Shown piece after piece: positions 21,335-25,626 of a stretch of 25,626 nucleotides of DNA. Position 1 is the stretch's first letter. Each line of letters starts with the position of its first letter. Origin of the DNA: Trypethelium eluteriae (lineage: Eukaryota). The translations under genes were made by a program, and so were the position numbers. Under the pieces are notes generated by a model. The model was not told where the DNA came from and ran no database searches. It worked only from the letters and a program-made list of their open reading frames with translations. The stretch is from NCBI GenBank assembly GCA_051942245.1, contig JAVECL010000030.1:62001-87626 (forward strand). Reading direction: 5' to 3'.

Positions 21335-23878
21335 ATGACAGTCTCGTACGATATGTCCTACCGGAGCTGGCCTCACGGTTCACACGGTGCCGTGTGTCTG
21401 GAGGATAAGTTCGAAGTCCTCAAGGAGATTGGCGATGGCAGTTTCGGAAGTGTTGCCCTCGCACGCGTCCGAAGTGCAGGTGCACACATCGCACGTAGGG
21501 GTACTCTAGTAAGTTATTCTTCCTCCTCGAGAACGTGATTGGTCCGTAATTGACAGTGTTCAGGTCGCCGTCAAGACGATGAAGAAGCAGTTTGAGACTT
21601 TCGCGCATTGTCTGGAACTGCGTGAGGTCATCTTCATGAGGGCGTTGCCTGCTCATCCGCACCTCGTACCAGCTTTGGATATTTTCTTGGATCCTCTTAG
21701 CAAAAAGCTTCACATTGCAATGGAATATATGGATGGGAACCTTTACCAATTGATGAAGGCTCGAGAGCACAAGCGACTCGACCCGAGCAGCGTGAAGAGT
21801 ATCTTATATCAGATCCTCGCCGGCCTGGAACATATCCATGAGCACAGTTTCTTCCATCGCGACATCAAACCCGAAAACATCCTCGTCTCCACTTCTGCGC
21901 CACAGGAAAACAACGCTTTCAAGCGATACTCATCTTTAGTCACTCCCCCATCGACACCGCCTTCGTACACGATTAAGATTGCCGACTTTGGTCTCGCTAG
22001 AGAGACGCACTCAAAAATGCCTTACACGACATACGTTTCGACGCGTTGGTATCGTGCACCCGAAGTCCTTTTACGTGCTGGCGAATACTCAGCACCGGTG
22101 GATATCTGGGCTATTGGTGCTATGGCAGTCGAAATTGCGACCCTCAAACCATTGTTCCCTGGAGGAAATGAAGTCGACCAAGTATGGAGAGTGTGCGAAA
22201 TAATGGGCAGCCCAGGATCATGGGTCAACAAGCATGGATCTAGAGTTGGTGGTGGTGAATGGAAGGATGGTATCAAGTTGGCGCAGAAGTTGGGGTTCTC
22301 ATTTCCAAAGGTACGTACCGAAATGCGCGCTTGTATGACGCAGACTGACAGGAATCATGATAGATGGCTCCCCACTCTATGGACACTATTCTGCAAGCAC
22401 CGGAATGGCCAGCAAGCCTTGCAAGCTTCGTTACCTGGTGTCTAATGTGGGACCCTAAAAGCCGACCGACTTCAACTCAGGCAATGCGGCATGAATACTT
22501 CACTGACGCGTTTGATCCCCTCCGACCAAAGTCAAATTCATCATCAAGGCTACTCGGTCGCAAGCATTCTACCGCCGAAAGTAAGGACGGATTGGATCAT
22601 GGGTTATCAACGAAAAGCTCGTGGTTCAGACGTTCCCTCGTTGCAAGGGAAAGTGCTCCAGCGGTACCGCAGCACGTCCCTACCAACCAGCCGTTGTCTC
22701 CAGAACAGTCACCCATTCCAGAAAACGCTCCGAGCACTACACAGCAGGTTCACGTCAAACAACCTCGGCCGGGTGCGACAAAACGATCCACTTGGACTAA
22801 CGGTGTGCCGAATAATGGCGCACCAATACCGATACTTCCCTCTATCAAGCCTATATCGCCTCTTTCGGACGCAGTGACAGCTCAAGCCGACTCGAGACCG
22901 CCTGCAAGAGATGAAAATCCGGCGAAGAAGATCGGTCGGCAACTCTCTGTTGCTTCGCACGGCAATCACTACGCCGACATGCATAGACAGGAGGCTGAGC
23001 GAGCTCTGAACGGTCACGGTGGACTTGCCTCCCCCTTGAACGGACAAAAAGAGAGCTTCTTCTCCCATCTCCGAAAACGGGCAAGAAGATTCTCAGGCCG
23101 GCATCAGACACCAATGTCGCCCAACGCAGATGATATCGAAGCGAATGCTGGTTGTGCTCCTTGGGCCAGCAGCAACCGTAATTCAATGGTGATTGATCCT
23201 CCCGCAGTTCCCAGCGCACCCACAAGCAACGCCGAGATTTCGAGCCTCGATCTCGACCTCGACAAGGCCCTCCAAAACGTGAGGTATAGCTTGGATGCTG
23301 CCTCCAACACTCAAAGTACACCTAGCTCGACGAAAACTCCAGGACGAGTCGCCAGTAATCCAATGCTTAAAAGGCATCACTCGTTACCTCACGGGCCAGA
23401 AGCTCGCAACACTGAAGCTGCAGGCGGATCGGGTCAAGGCCCGATTTCTAGTCGTACGCGGAGGGCCTTGCAACGGAGCACGCAGCTGGTGCATCGTTAC
23501 GAGACGCCAGATGAAGAGGACGAACTATTGGATGAGGTCCTTAATTCGGCCCACAAAGCTGCGAAGAAATTGGATCGACAAACGAATCAACCTACTGGCC
23601 TCGCAAGCGGCAGTGCTAGCCGACCACCCATCAACCAATCGAACACCGATCCCGGGTATCCTGCGCCTTACCTTACTCCTTCCCCGTCGGCGAACAAGAA
23701 TGGTATCAGTTTTGGCAGTGATTCAAACATCACTCCTACAAAGCCACTAGACATTATCAAGAACGGGCCCAAGAATGAGCACTTGACATCACAATGGCCG
23801 ACTCCTCCATATGAGGAAAACGATTGGGCTGCTGCAGCCTCTGCCAGCATATTTGCAGCGCAGACGGCCTATCGATGA
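21335..23878 (+). CDS. IME2: Ime2/MAK/ICK family Ser/Thr kinase; exons 21335-21508, 21564-22310, 22364-23878 (811 aa)
   Basis: IGDGSFGSV, VAVK, HRDIKPEN, IADFGLARE, activation loop YTTYVSTRWYRAPE (TxY), long disordered C-terminal tail ending WPTPPYEENDWA. Introns 21509-21563 and 22311-22363. Confidence 0.96.
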
Positions 23879-24784
23879 ACATCTCATCGAAATTTTTCTT
23901 ATTTCATCTCGCTGGCTCGACATCTCTTTTACAGTATTTATTTTAATAAGATTGGCAATCTACGGAACGGGAAGACCCTCATTCAAACGGGCTCCGATGG
24001 CGTCAAACGCAGACCTTCACCGGAAACCGGGAAATCTTCGCCGCCTGAAAAAAACCTTGTCAACCTGTACCACCAACTATTTCCTTTGTTCAGAAAACCC
24101 TTCTAGACGGCTATTGGTGTAGACTGGCACATTGGCTTGAGATACTCCGCTTGGTTTTTGATCACTACACACAGATTGTTGTGTTTGCTTCATACCCCCA
24201 CAGCCTGATGTCACCCAGTTTCCAGGCTTCGTTATTTTCCTTGAACTAGACCGAAATCCACCATTTGATTTGGTATTCTGGCTCAAAATATTTGTATTTA
24301 TGGGGCAACATACCTTTTTTGTCATTTTCTTTTTTAAGCTAGTTTGTACAGCACTAAACTGGACCTCATTTTCTTTGCATCGGTTCTCTATGGTTTTTGC
24401 TACCTGTCCGCTCGCTCGCTCTGTTCTCTACGGGTGTAGCGCCGCTAGGTGGAGTCTGTACTATTTGCTTCAAACCCTGTTAATGGATGTCCGGTGGAGC
24501 GGGACTGGGTGACTCTCTCCTTGTACTTCTGATCTTGCGCCTGAGTTTCGGAACGGCCTGGAAATGGGAGGGGCAAGGCGAAGGGCGTGTTTCGAAACTC
24601 TGGAATTTCACCTAAAGCTCTTTAGCTGAGCGATAGATTAAGCAAATGGAATCGGGCTTCAAGGCCTCAATTTCAACTCCCAAGTGATCTTTCTTCGTTC
24701 GCTTCTCAGTGATCTTGTCGACCCGTTGTTAGGTGATAGTGAAGAGGCCTTGGGGTTTCTGGCTCCGATCTCCTGGATCGCTAA

Positions 24785-25624
24785 CTATGGCAAAGACTTG
24801 TTCGAACGGATCAGGAGGTACAACCAATGCTGGATCCTGGGCGGATGAACAGCGCCATTGCTCCGCTCGTCTGATCCCGGGGCGTCCAGCGCCTCCTTTC
24901 GCTCCACCCTCCAGAACCGCTTCGGATCCAGCTCACTCGGCCTCTCAGCATACTCCCTCGCCCCATCACTTTCATCCACCCTGGGATCCGTACCACCTTC
25001 GAGAAACCAAAATCGCTCCCGCGAGTGCGACACCGCAATCCAGGTCCCACCCGCCACCGTCACCGCCGCCAGATGCAGCGCCAGCACGATCATCGGATCC
25101 AGCAAATCCCCACCACGTTTCAGCTCCGACTCCCGGTCCTGCAGCTCCACCACCCGCGCATACGCCTCCGGATCTAGCATCGCGGCGTCCATGCCCAGCA
25201 GCGCGTCGGCGGCGGGGATGCTCTCAGCGCACGCCACGGCGTCGGACGTGCTCTTGTCGAGCACCACGCTGAACCGGCTCGCCGCCGTGGTGCCCCCCAC
25301 CGCTTCGACGAGCGAGCCGAACGAAAGCAGGTCCGCCGTCGCCCAGCGCATCCCGCCGCCCTCCTCCCGCGCACCGATCTCGCTGCTCCCGTCGCGCTGC
25401 CATGCCTCGGCGCTGGAAAGTGCGTCGGGTTCGGCGTGCTCCTCCGGGTACAGGTCTGCCTCCTTGGCGCGGCCTAGTGCGATGGCTGTCTCGGAGAAGT
25501 CGAGGTTGAGTACTTGCGAGGGGTGGGCGACGTGTGCGCGGAGGTGGAAGGAGAGCCAGGAGGTGCCGCAGCCGATGTGTAGGATTTGGGGGAAGGGGGG
25601 TTCTGCGTGGGAGGCGAGGGTGGT
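24785..25624 (-). CDS. Class I SAM-dependent methyltransferase (EEF1AKMT4/ECE2-METTL13-like), 5'-partial
   Basis: Frame is open to the window edge: ILHIGCGTSWLS (motif I), VLNLDFSETAI, MRWATADLL, FSVVLDKSTSDAV and GGTWIAVSHS. Confidence 0.85.
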   Translation of the reverse strand, partial: TTLASHAEPPFPQILHIGCGTSWLSFHLRAHVAHPSQVLNLDFSETAIALGRAKEADLYPEEHAEPDALSSAEAWQRDGSSEIGAREEGGGMRWATADLLSFGSLVEAVGGTTAASRFSVVLDKSTSDAVACAESIPAADALLGMDAAMLDPEAYARVVELQDRESELKRGGDLLDPMIVLALHLAAVTVAGGTWIAVSHSRERFWFLEGGTDPRVDESDGAREYAERPSELDPKRFWRVERKEALDAPGSDERSNGAVHPPRIQHWLYLLIRSNKSLP

Positions 25625-25626
25625 GC

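Noticed and set aside
1..25626. Transposons, CRISPR arrays, tRNA or rRNA genes
   Set aside because: No transposase or RT motifs, spaced repeats, cloverleaf folds or sense-strand rRNA seen; rRNA matches are only short antisense guides.

Overview
Intron-containing fungal nuclear DNA. A filamentous ascomycete is inferred from the 50-71 nt GT-AG introns with CTRAY branch points and from gene content. Ten protein-coding genes are supported: X-family DNA polymerase (5'-partial), a small lipid-anchored Cdc48/p97 adaptor-like protein, Prp5 helicase, a mitochondrial HMG-box protein, Rpp40, a Sir2 sirtuin, a GPI-anchored wall protein, an aldo-keto reductase, Ime2 kinase and a 5'-partial SAM methyltransferase. 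The apparently empty region 15.7-17.2 kb is a non-coding host transcript with six box C/D snoRNAs, one per intron, including the snR41-snR70-snR51 trio. Some of these introns abut with zero-length or few-nt exons. Main finding: the snR51 homologue is itself split by a 54-nt GC-AG intron nested inside its host intron. The splicing route chosen would decide which D box and guide the RNA carries (25S Um2724 versus 18S Am100, yeast numbering), i.e. a candidate splicing-controlled rRNA-methylation switch. rRNA target sequences and numbering are recalled from conserved eukaryotic rRNA, not from this organism, and all pairings and splice models were made by eye.
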